A DNA stretch of 64,000 bases from an uncultured Gemmatimonadaceae bacterium. Lineage in GTDB: Bacteria; Gemmatimonadota; Gemmatimonadetes; Gemmatimonadales; Gemmatimonadaceae. Each line of letters starts with the position of its first letter. Position 1 is the first letter of the stretch. A model generated the notes under the pieces. That model was not told the origin of the DNA and did no database searches. It saw only the letters and a program-made list of their open reading frames with translations. The stretch spans positions 32,001 to 96,000 of the forward strand of contig CAWAGQ010000004.1 of the NCBI GenBank assembly GCA_963781585.1, in the 5' to 3' direction. Positions 28,857 through 37,045 of the stretch are shown here, piece after piece. A program made the position numbers and the translations under genes.

Positions 28857-30107
28857 CTACGGCCTCTTGGCCGGTGGTTGCGGCGGCGCATCGTGCAGCA
28901 CGATCCGCGTTCCTTCGTATGCCACGGTCACGGACGCGCTCTGCTCCAGCGCCACGAGCGCGGTGCGCGCGGAGTCTATCCCCGCCGTGAAGGAAACGCG
29001 TCGATCCAGCAATGCTCCCTCGTCGCCCTTGAAGTTGAGTGCGTACCAGCGCCGCAACAGGGGAATGGTCTCGCGCAGGGTGCGGCCGGTCACGACAAAC
29101 CGGCCGTTGAGCCAGCTGAAGGCGTCGTCGAGAGTCGCCGCCGACGGGGTCGACATCATGCCGGACGAGGCGATCTCCACGGCTTCCCCCGCGGCGACCG
29201 CTCTGGTTTCCTTCGGCGCCTTCACCTTTACGGTACCCTCGCGCACTCGGACCGTGACCAGGTGATCCTCGGTGAACGCCGAGACATCGAAGGCCGTTCC
29301 GGTGGCCGTGATCGTGACGTCCCCTGCGCGCACCACGAACGGCATGACCCCATTGGGCGCCACCGCAAACGACGCGGTCCCGTCGAGGTGCACCGCGCGC
29401 AGCTGCGTGTTGAACGCCGGCGGGACGGTGAGCTCCGAATGCGAACCAAGCTGCACGCTGGTCGCGTCGGCGAGGTTCAGCGTTCCACGCTGGCCGTCCT
29501 CCGTGCCGACCTTGCGCGCGTTAGGCGACGCGAACGCACGAAGCATGAGGCCATCCCCATGCTGCTGTGGATACCAGACGAACACGCCCCAGGCGACCAG
29601 GGCCAGTGCCAGGACCCCGAGAATGGCCGGGATGGGACTCTTCCGTCGCCCGATCTGCGCCATGTGCTGCGCCGCCAGGTGCTTTGCGTCCTGCCGCGAC
29701 TCCGGGGAAGGAAGCTGCGGATGCAAGGCGACAAAGACCCGTTTCCAGGCCTCGTCCACCGAGTGTGCGGGGGCCGCGCGATGGTTGCCGACGTGGACCT
29801 TCTCGAAGCTCTCGAATCGATGGACCGAGGCCACACGCGCCTTCTCGTGTGCCACCGCGTCCTGGATCGCTCGTTCGAGGAACGACTCGAGGGCATCGGG
29901 CGTGGCGATTTCCTGGCGCGCTTGCCAGGCGGCAACGGTGGCGTGTTCGACGGCGCGCGCGCCGCGGCCAGGATCATTGAGTTCGGACGCCGCGCCAGCC
30001 AGAAACGCTTCGTAGCGGGCGCGGAACAGACGCTCCAGTGCGGACTCTTCCCCGGCATGAAACGCATCGAAGGTCCGCCGGTCGATGCTGACGGCGGTGG
30101 TCGGCAT
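28857..30107 (-). CDS. FecR-domain anti-sigma/sensor protein with N-terminal sigma-region-2-like domain
   Basis: TM helix PAILGVLALALVAWGVFVW; FecR motifs GQRGTLNLADATSVQLGSHSEL, TGTAFDV, VRVREGTV; N-terminus GEESALERLF...AWQAR. Confidence 0.85.
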   Translation of the reverse strand: MPTTAVSIDRRTFDAFHAGEESALERLFRARYEAFLAGAASELNDPGRGARAVEHATVAAWQARQEIATPDALESFLERAIQDAVAHEKARVASVHRFESFEKVHVGNHRAAPAHSVDEAWKRVFVALHPQLPSPESRQDAKHLAAQHMAQIGRRKSPIPAILGVLALALVAWGVFVWYPQQHGDGLMLRAFASPNARKVGTEDGQRGTLNLADATSVQLGSHSELTVPPAFNTQLRAVHLDGTASFAVAPNGVMPFVVRAGDVTITATGTAFDVSAFTEDHLVTVRVREGTVKVKAPKETRAVAAGEAVEIASSGMMSTPSAATLDDAFSWLNGRFVVTGRTLRETIPLLRRWYALNFKGDEGALLDRRVSFTAGIDSARTALVALEQSASVTVAYEGTRIVLHDAPPQPPAKRP

Positions 30108-30335
30108 AGGGGGCTCCGGTGAACGTGGCGCGTCTATTAGCGCCCCCAGGCGACACAATGTCAGTCGGGCGGAAGCCGACTATCGGTCGGCATTCCGCGG
30201 AGCCGGTCGTAGGGTTGTCGCCCGCCCCGAGCGCCGGCAGATGGGCGCAACCGGGACGCCCCACTACCGGACGGCATGGCCCGAGAGACGGGCCAGGGTT
30301 GAGGCGAGCGGCCGGGCGCTGATGCGCTCGGCCGC

Positions 30336-30557
30336 TCAGTTCTTGTGTCGATACGTGATGCGGCCCCGCGTCAGGTCGTACGGCGACGCTTCGACCTTCA
30401 CCCGGTCTCCAACCAGCACCCGAATGCGGAAGCGACGCATGTTGCCGGCAAGAGTGGCGAGGATGGAGTGCCCGTTTTCGAGTTCCACCCGAAAGGTGGC
30501 GCTTGGGAGCACATCCGAGACGACGCCCTCGAGCTCAATGGGGGCTTCTTTCGTCAT
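30336..30557 (-). CDS. infA: Translation initiation factor IF-1
   Basis: IELEGVV...FRVELENGH...[25 protein letters not shown]. Confidence 0.96.
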   Translation of the reverse strand: MTKEAPIELEGVVSDVLPSATFRVELENGHSILATLAGNMRRFRIRVLVGDRVKVEASPYDLTRGRITYRHKN

Positions 30558-30582
30558 CGGGCCGCTGCCCGGTGCGCAGCCG

Positions 30583-30774
30583 TCAACCCTTCCTCTGCTG
30601 CGAGCGAGCGCGTCGCCGCGCCGCGTTGAACTTGAGCTGGCGCGCGACGCTCGGCTTCACGTAACACCGGCGCTTGCGCAGCTCCTGCATCAGGCCCGAT
30701 CGCTGGACCTTCTTCTTGAAAGTCTTCAGCGCCCATTCCAGGCGATCCCCTTCGTCGAGTTTTACTTCGATCAT
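30583..30774 (-). CDS. rpsU: 30S ribosomal protein S21
   Basis: [31 protein letters not shown]. Confidence 0.9.
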   Translation of the reverse strand: MIEVKLDEGDRLEWALKTFKKKVQRSGLMQELRKRRCYVKPSVARQLKFNAARRRARSQQRKG

Positions 30775-30818
30775 TCTATCCCCGTGTGGCGGTTGTCGCG
30801 ACGAAGCCCGCGACTGGC

Positions 30819-30855
30819 AAAAACAGAAAGCCGGCCCGACAAGGGTCAGACCGGC
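30819..30855 (-). terminator. Intrinsic terminator between csp and rpsU
   Basis: On the minus strand a GCCGG...CCGGC hairpin followed by TTTCTGTTTTT. Confidence 0.65.
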
Positions 30856-30894
30856 CTCCCGGTACAGATCAGGGTGACCGCGAGAGCGGTCGGA

Positions 30895-31107
30895 TCAACG
30901 CCCAAGCTTGACGACGTTCTCGGCGGCCGGTCCCTTCTGCCCCTGCACCACGTCGAACTCGACCCGTTCGCCCTCGGCCAGCGACCGGAACCCGTCGGAC
31001 CGGATCGCGGAATGATGGACGAAGCAGTCCTTGTCGCCGTTTTCCGGCGTGATGAAACCGAAGCCCTTCTGGTCATTGAACCACTTCACTGTGCCGGTGA
31101 TACGCAT
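30895..31107 (-). CDS. Cold-shock protein (CspA family)
   Basis: GTVKWFN, KGFGFI (RNP1), CFVHHSAI (RNP2), KGPAAENV. Confidence 0.97.
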   Translation of the reverse strand: MRITGTVKWFNDQKGFGFITPENGDKDCFVHHSAIRSDGFRSLAEGERVEFDVVQGQKGPAAENVVKLGR

Positions 31108-31388
31108 GCCTGTTATCCTCTAAAGAATTTGTTCCGCCGGACTTCGTGGCACCGCCACGCAACCCGACAACTTGTTGTTCGTGGTGTGCGCCCCCACGAC
31201 GGGCCTCGTCTGCATCGGGAGCCAAGGTCAGTGGCGACGTCACCCAAACAGTCGCCGCGTCTCTTTCGCCATACGACCTTCCCGTGACCGCGAGCAGGTC
31301 CTGACTGCAAAAAGGGCCATCGCGTCGAGCGAGGCCCTCGCTTCCGCCATGAGACGTTTCGCGCCCTGCGCACGTTACTCGCCGGTGA

Positions 31389-31418
31389 ACAGTAGCACGT
31401 ACCCGGGCGCGGAGTCAA
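31389..31418 (-). promoter_or_regulatory. Sigma70-type promoter for the first csp
   Basis: TTGACT-N18-TACTGT with TGn extended -10 on the minus strand, about 275 nt upstream of the ATG. Confidence 0.6.
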
Positions 31419-31636
31419 TCGAGGGCCCTGGCGCGACCGGCCCGGCGGCGGCCGGGTCGCGGGCAACCGGGTCGTTCCTACGACCGGACCGGGCCACCTT
31501 TCCCCCACCCCGCAGGACGAATAGTCTCAGCGTGGCATTTCACCGAGTCCCGGCCCGGGCTCCCCGCCGGCAGGCCAGCTCCACCCGACGGTGACTCAGG
31601 TCACTCCCTTCCGCCCCGCGTCCCGGCCCAGCAGTC

Positions 31637-32659
31637 ATGTCGCGCATTCCCCTCGGCCGCATTTCCGACGAGCGATTGCTCAGGGTCCGTCTCAAGGACC
31701 TGGGCCTAACGATCGAAGGCACCTGGCTCGAAGGCTGCGTGCACAAGCTGTACGAGGAACTGGCCGAGCGCGGGTTGCTGCTGCGACCCCACGTCTGGCT
31801 GTCCGACGACTGGTTCTCGCCGGGCGGAGTGGCCGGGTTTGCGGTGCCTTTCTATCTGGTTCATCCGCGACTGCGCCGCCTGGAGCGAAACCAGTTTCTG
31901 GACGTGGAAGGCGCGTCGCGCGCCGAGTGCATGCGCATCATGCGGCACGAGACGGGACACGCCGTGCAGCACGCCTATCAGCTGCAGCGTCGCCGCCGCT
32001 GGCAGCAGCTGTTCGGGAAGTCCTCCACCCGGTACCCGGAGTACTACCGTCCGAATCCGGCCAGCAAGCGGTACGTGCAGCACCTGCGGCTGTGGTACGC
32101 GCAGAGCCATCCCGACGAAGATTTCGCGGAGACGTTCGCCGTCTGGTTGCGTCCCCGCTCCGACTGGCGCCAGCGGTATGCCGGATGGCCGGCGCTGAAG
32201 AAGTTGCAGTACGTGGACGATCTGATGGACGAGATTGGAGCACGACGCCCTATCGCGACGCGACGCCGGGAAGTGGACCCGCTGCACTCGCTGCGGAAGA
32301 CACTGGCGGAGCACTATTCGGCGCGGCGCCGTAAGTACACGGTGACCTTCCCCAACATCTACGACGCCGAGTTGAAGCGACTGTTCTCCGACGAGCCGCG
32401 CCACCGGCGGAATGAGGCAGCGTCTTCGTTCCTGCGCCGGTACAAGACCGAGATCCGCCGCATGGTCTCTCGCTGGACGGGAGAGTACCAGTACACCCTG
32501 GAGACCGTGTTGAATCAGATGATCGGCCGATGCGGGCACCTGCGCCTGCGGGTGGCGGGACCGGAACGCGAGCTCTTGATGAACTTCGTGGTCGTGCTCA
32601 CCGTGCAGACGATGCACTTCCTCTACGCGCAGCATAAGCGCGACTGGATCGCGTTGTGA
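31637..32659 (+). CDS. Putative zinc-binding metallopeptidase (Peptidase_Mx-like)
   Basis: HETGH (HEXXH) and YAQSHPDEDFAETF. Confidence 0.8.
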   Translation: MSRIPLGRISDERLLRVRLKDLGLTIEGTWLEGCVHKLYEELAERGLLLRPHVWLSDDWFSPGGVAGFAVPFYLVHPRLRRLERNQFLDVEGASRAECMRIMRHETGHAVQHAYQLQRRRRWQQLFGKSSTRYPEYYRPNPASKRYVQHLRLWYAQSHPDEDFAETFAVWLRPRSDWRQRYAGWPALKKLQYVDDLMDEIGARRPIATRRREVDPLHSLRKTLAEHYSARRRKYTVTFPNIYDAELKRLFSDEPRHRRNEAASSFLRRYKTEIRRMVSRWTGEYQYTLETVLNQMIGRCGHLRLRVAGPERELLMNFVVVLTVQTMHFLYAQHKRDWIAL

Positions 32660-32666
32660 TGGGCCG

Positions 32667-33686
32667 ATGAAGAAGTTCCGGGTCCTCGCCCTCATGCATC
32701 CGGAGCTGGTCCCGCCCGCTGACGCGGAGCGGTACTCGGAGGAGGATCGCTTCGAGTGGAAGACCGAGTGGGATGTGGTCCGGACGCTGCGCAAGATCGG
32801 CCACGACGTCCGCGCGCTCGGTGTGCAGGATGAACTGCAACCCATCCGGGCCGCGATCGAGGAGTTCAAGCCCGACATCGCGTTCAATCTGCTCGAGGAG
32901 TTTCAGGGCAATGTCCTCTTCGACCAGAACGTGGTGAGCCTGCTCGAACTGCTGAAAGTGCCGTACACGGGGTGCAACCCGCGCGGGATGGTGATCTCGA
33001 GGGAGAAGGCGCTCTCGAAGAAGCTCCTGATCTACCACCGCATCCACGTCCCGGCCTTTCACGTCTTTCCGGTGGGGAGAAAGGTCCGGCGCCCGCGCGC
33101 CCTCGGCTTCCCGCTGATCGTGAAAAGCCTTACCGAACACGCGTCGCTGGGCATCTCGCGCGCCTCCCTGGTCAACACCGATGAGGAGTTGACCGACCGG
33201 GTCGCCTTCGTGCACCGCCGCATCGCGACCGATGCCATCGCCGAGCAGTTCATCGAAGGACGCGAGATCTATGTCGGCGTGCTGGGCAACGAGCGGCTCA
33301 CCGCGCTGCCGCCGCGGGAACTGGTGCTGGAGCACTCGCGCACCGATGCCCCGCTCATTGCCACGGAAAAGGTGAAGCACGACCTCGAGTACCAGAAACG
33401 GCACGGCGTCGACCAGAAACCGGCGGAAAACCTCCCGTCCACGGTCGACGCCACCATCGCCCGACTCAGCAAGCGCATCTACCGCATTCTCGGACTTACC
33501 GGCTACGCCCGCCTCGACTACCGCCTGAGCGCCGACGGCCGGCTCTGGTTTCTCGAGGCGAATCCGAATCCCGAGATCGCGATGGGAGAAGAATTCGCGT
33601 CGGCGGCCCGGCAGGCCGGGATCTCGTATTCCGATCTGCTGCAGAGAATCCTGAATCTCGGCATGCGGGGGGCAGAGGGGGACTGA
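32667..33686 (+). CDS. D-Ala-D-Ala-ligase-like ATP-grasp protein
   Basis: FNLLE, VPYTG, FPLIVKS...SLGIS, EQFIEGRE, YARLDYR, FLEANPNP. Confidence 0.88.
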   Translation: MKKFRVLALMHPELVPPADAERYSEEDRFEWKTEWDVVRTLRKIGHDVRALGVQDELQPIRAAIEEFKPDIAFNLLEEFQGNVLFDQNVVSLLELLKVPYTGCNPRGMVISREKALSKKLLIYHRIHVPAFHVFPVGRKVRRPRALGFPLIVKSLTEHASLGISRASLVNTDEELTDRVAFVHRRIATDAIAEQFIEGREIYVGVLGNERLTALPPRELVLEHSRTDAPLIATEKVKHDLEYQKRHGVDQKPAENLPSTVDATIARLSKRIYRILGLTGYARLDYRLSADGRLWFLEANPNPEIAMGEEFASAARQAGISYSDLLQRILNLGMRGAEGD

Positions 33687-33699
33687 CGCGCCGCCTCCC

Positions 33700-35820
33700 T
33701 CACCACCTGACACGCGCGGTGGCATAGGCCGCGCGGGGCGCGCCCGGGGCCACCTTCTGGCCTGCCACCAGTTCCGGGTAGCGCCGATCAAAGACGTTGC
33801 GCACGCCCACGTCCCACTCCAACCGCCCCACCCGGATCAGCGCACTCGCGTGCGCGAGCCCGTAGCCGCCCAACAGCACTCCCGGTTCATCGAACGGCGC
33901 GTACGGGCCCAGCCAGTTGCCGCTCAGCCGCAGGCGCCACGAGGCGGCAGGCGGGCCAAGCTCGATCGCTGCCACTCCGACGTACTTTGCCGTGTTGAAG
34001 ACCCGCAGGCCGTCCAGTACTGCCGGCGCCGGCTCCTCCTGTCGAGACGGCACGTCCGCCGTCGCACTCCGGCGCGCGGGGCCGCCCGCGTCGACGGACA
34101 CCACGCGATCCTCTTCGCCGCTGCTCACGAGATGCCGGTAGTGCGCGTCCGTGAAGGTCCAGTCGGCAGTGAGACGCGCGGTCGCGACCGGCTGCCAGTC
34201 CAGCTCCAGATCCACTCCCTGGCGCACGCTCTCCCCGCCGCTCGTACTCTCCAGGGTGACGGGGTTGAAGGTCTGCTCGTTGCTCACGTTCATGCGAAAG
34301 AGTGACGCGGTCGCGCGCGTCGTCCGTGTGTCCAGCTTGAGACCGGTTTCGTACGCCCACGCCGTAATCAGTGGTAGCGAGGGATCCTCGATGACGCCGT
34401 CGGTGGATCGAAAACCACGCGACAGGTTTCCGTACGCCGAGACCGAAGAAGTGAGGCGTAGAATCGCCCCGAGCTTGGGCGACACGATGCCGTTTGTCCC
34501 GCTGACGGCCGCCTCCCCGACCGGTTCGGAGCGTGTGTTGAGGGCGTCGGCCCGCAGACCCGCGTCCAGCCGCAGACGCGAAGTGAGTCGCGTGGTGGAC
34601 TGGACAAACAACGCGCCCGATGCCTGACGAGCGGCGAGTTGCGCATCCGTGGAATCGCGCGTGCGATCGGTGGTGAAATACGCTCGATAGTGCGAGCGAT
34701 CCCATCGTCCCTCGACGCCCAGCGTGACATCCTCGCGCGCTCCGGACCAGGTGGCCGCACTCGTCAGGCCGAGACCCACGCGACGGTCCTCCTCCTCGGT
34801 CTGGCTTCCGGTGCCCTCGAATCGCCCGCCGGCGGGAGGCACGGTCAGGAAGAGCTGCCAGCGACCCTGCGTGGCATAGACCGTACTGCGCCACAGCAGC
34901 GATGACGAGAGGACACGCAGGCTCAGGCGCTCCTGAGCCCGTCGCTTGAAGCCGCCGTCGGAGCCGTTGCTGACCACGTCATAGTTGCCCAGCGCGAAGT
35001 CGTCTTCACCCAGGTAGCCCGGCGAGTCCCAGTTGGCACCGTACAGCTCGACTCCGCCGTCCAGGGTCGTTCCGGGCCGAAGGTCGCGGACCAGCCGCGC
35101 GTGTCCCTGGACCAGGCCGTTTCGTGCGTTGGGCCGAAAGCCGTCCTCGCGTTGCACGCGCAAGCCCAACACACCGCCCCCCGCCGGCCCATTGTCGAAT
35201 CCCGTCAGCAATGTGGCGTTCGCGCGGCCGTACGAGCCGCCTTCGACCGACGCCTCAGTGCCTGTCATGCGCTCCAGCGTTCGTACGTTGATCACGCCGC
35301 TCAGCGCGAAGTTGCCGAAGAGCGCACTGGTAGGGCCCTTGATCACGTCAACGCTCTGCAGGCCGCGCGGGAAGAGCACGCTCCAGTCGTTGTAGCCTTC
35401 GGCGTGGCCATTCACGGGTTCGTTGACCGGCACGCCGTCGATCCAGAGGGCCAGGTCGGTGGAATGGTCCGAGCTGAATCCCCGGATCGAGGCGTTCGAG
35501 GCGAACCCCGGACCTTGACCCTGTTCATGTACCTCGACGCCGGCGGTCATGCGCATCAACTCCCAGGCGCTGTTCGCCGGCGTCACGGAAAGGACCGGCG
35601 CGTCGATGTGCAGAGCAGCGCTCGGCGCGCGGCGCTCGGCGGGCGTCGTGGTAATGGTAACTTCTCCCAGGCGATGGGCACCCTGAGCCGCGCCGCTATC
35701 GACGCCGGTGGTGTCACGGCCCGGCAGTGGTCGCTGCGCCCCGACAGGGAACGTGACACTCACGAGCCCGAGCAGGACCGCGGGCAAGACAGGCCAGCAT
35801 AACGCGCCGCGCTTCTTCAT
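33700..35820 (-). CDS. TonB-dependent receptor
   Basis: Signal peptide; plug SIRGF, IDGVPVN, VDVIKGPTSALFG, GVINV; C-terminal NVFDRRY...GAPR...RVRW. Confidence 0.92.
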   Translation of the reverse strand: MKKRGALCWPVLPAVLLGLVSVTFPVGAQRPLPGRDTTGVDSGAAQGAHRLGEVTITTTPAERRAPSAALHIDAPVLSVTPANSAWELMRMTAGVEVHEQGQGPGFASNASIRGFSSDHSTDLALWIDGVPVNEPVNGHAEGYNDWSVLFPRGLQSVDVIKGPTSALFGNFALSGVINVRTLERMTGTEASVEGGSYGRANATLLTGFDNGPAGGGVLGLRVQREDGFRPNARNGLVQGHARLVRDLRPGTTLDGGVELYGANWDSPGYLGEDDFALGNYDVVSNGSDGGFKRRAQERLSLRVLSSSLLWRSTVYATQGRWQLFLTVPPAGGRFEGTGSQTEEEDRRVGLGLTSAATWSGAREDVTLGVEGRWDRSHYRAYFTTDRTRDSTDAQLAARQASGALFVQSTTRLTSRLRLDAGLRADALNTRSEPVGEAAVSGTNGIVSPKLGAILRLTSSVSAYGNLSRGFRSTDGVIEDPSLPLITAWAYETGLKLDTRTTRATASLFRMNVSNEQTFNPVTLESTSGGESVRQGVDLELDWQPVATARLTADWTFTDAHYRHLVSSGEEDRVVSVDAGGPARRSATADVPSRQEEPAPAVLDGLRVFNTAKYVGVAAIELGPPAASWRLRLSGNWLGPYAPFDEPGVLLGGYGLAHASALIRVGRLEWDVGVRNVFDRRYPELVAGQKVAPGAPRAAYATARVRW

Positions 35821-35909
35821 TCGAACACTCCACGTCTGCAAACAATCCAGCACCGGCGCACGGGGTGTGCGCGGAGGCTCGCGCCCCGAGGGCGCGGGCG
35901 AGGAGAGCG

Positions 35910-36326
35910 TCAGGCGTGGTTGGTCGGCGGCCCGATGGCCGGGGGAAGATCGACCTGTTCGTTCCGCGACGAGAGCGGACCCGGCGATCGGTGCGGGGAA
36001 GGTGGGGAGAACGCAACGGCCGCCTCGACCACCGCAATCGGCGGCTCGAGGCGTGCAAGCGAGGCCGCACCCATGCATCCGCCGAGGCACGTGCAGTGCG
36101 CGTGCGCAGGTCCGTTGTCGCCCTCAGGGGCCGGGCTCGAATCCTGGTGGTGTTGACCGGGCGACGTATCACCGGCGCCGGTGTGCATCGACGCCATATG
36201 ACCCGAGCCGGCCCCCCCGGGATGGTGCATCGGGCACGGGTTGAGCGCATCCAGATCCGCCGCCGACAATGAGAACCAGACGGCAAGCAGCGCGGCAAGC
36301 ACTCGGCGCGGCCGGGAATGGCGCAT
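35910..36326 (-). CDS. His/Cys-rich small protein, DUF2946/CruR-like leader ORF
   Basis: N-terminal hydrophobic segment, CPMHH, HCTCLGGC, Pro-rich tail ending LPPAIGPP; directly upstream of the TBDR. Confidence 0.65.
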   Translation of the reverse strand: MRHSRPRRVLAALLAVWFSLSAADLDALNPCPMHHPGGAGSGHMASMHTGAGDTSPGQHHQDSSPAPEGDNGPAHAHCTCLGGCMGAASLARLEPPIAVVEAAVAFSPPSPHRSPGPLSSRNEQVDLPPAIGPPTNHA

Positions 36327-36458
36327 GGGGCGAAACTTAGAGCCGGATGCCGAGGAGGCAATGCTGCATGGCCCCGTTTGCGGGCTGGCGAACCCGCCTA
36401 TATTCGTTCGTCCATTGGACCACCACTGCGCCACAGAGACGGGCTTCGCTCCACTCCG

Positions 36459-37010
36459 ATGAGCCGAACCACGACCGCGCCGCGGCCCCCAACGGTCGCG
36501 CCGTCATCTTCGCTGACCCGCGGGTTGGCCGCCATGTGCCTCATAGCCGTCATCGGGAGCCCGGCCGGTGCGCAGGACTCCGCCGCTGCCGCGCCTGCGG
36601 AGAGGGCCGCCTCAGCCGGTGTCTACACCGAAGCCCAGGCGCAGCGCGGTGAGACGGCCTACAACACCAGTTGCCTGGAATGCCATTCGGCGAAAGCCTA
36701 CACAGGAGACGACTTCAAGCTCGCCTGGGTGAGCCGGCGCGCCTACGACCTGTTCGATCGCATCAGCAGCACGATGCCTGACGACAACCCCGGCGTCTTG
36801 CCGCGACAGGACTATATCGACATTGTGGCGTACATGTTCTCGTTGAACGGATATCCCAAAGGAGGGGATGAGCTCCCGACCGACGACGACGGACTGAAGC
36901 GCGTGCGGATCGACTCGCTTCCGGGGATGCCCGGCGCCACGGGCGCCGCGCACGGGACGTGGTCGGCACGACTGCTCCGGCAGGAATTGCGAGCGAAGGC
37001 CCGGCGCTGA
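36459..37010 (+). CDS. Monoheme cytochrome c
   Basis: Signal peptide; GVYTEAQAQRG, CLECH, TMPDDNPG, YIDIVAYM. Confidence 0.88.
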   Translation: MSRTTTAPRPPTVAPSSSLTRGLAAMCLIAVIGSPAGAQDSAAAAPAERAASAGVYTEAQAQRGETAYNTSCLECHSAKAYTGDDFKLAWVSRRAYDLFDRISSTMPDDNPGVLPRQDYIDIVAYMFSLNGYPKGGDELPTDDDGLKRVRIDSLPGMPGATGAAHGTWSARLLRQELRAKARR

Positions 37011-37045
37011 CCGGCAGACTTCTACAACGTGAGCGGAAACAGACC

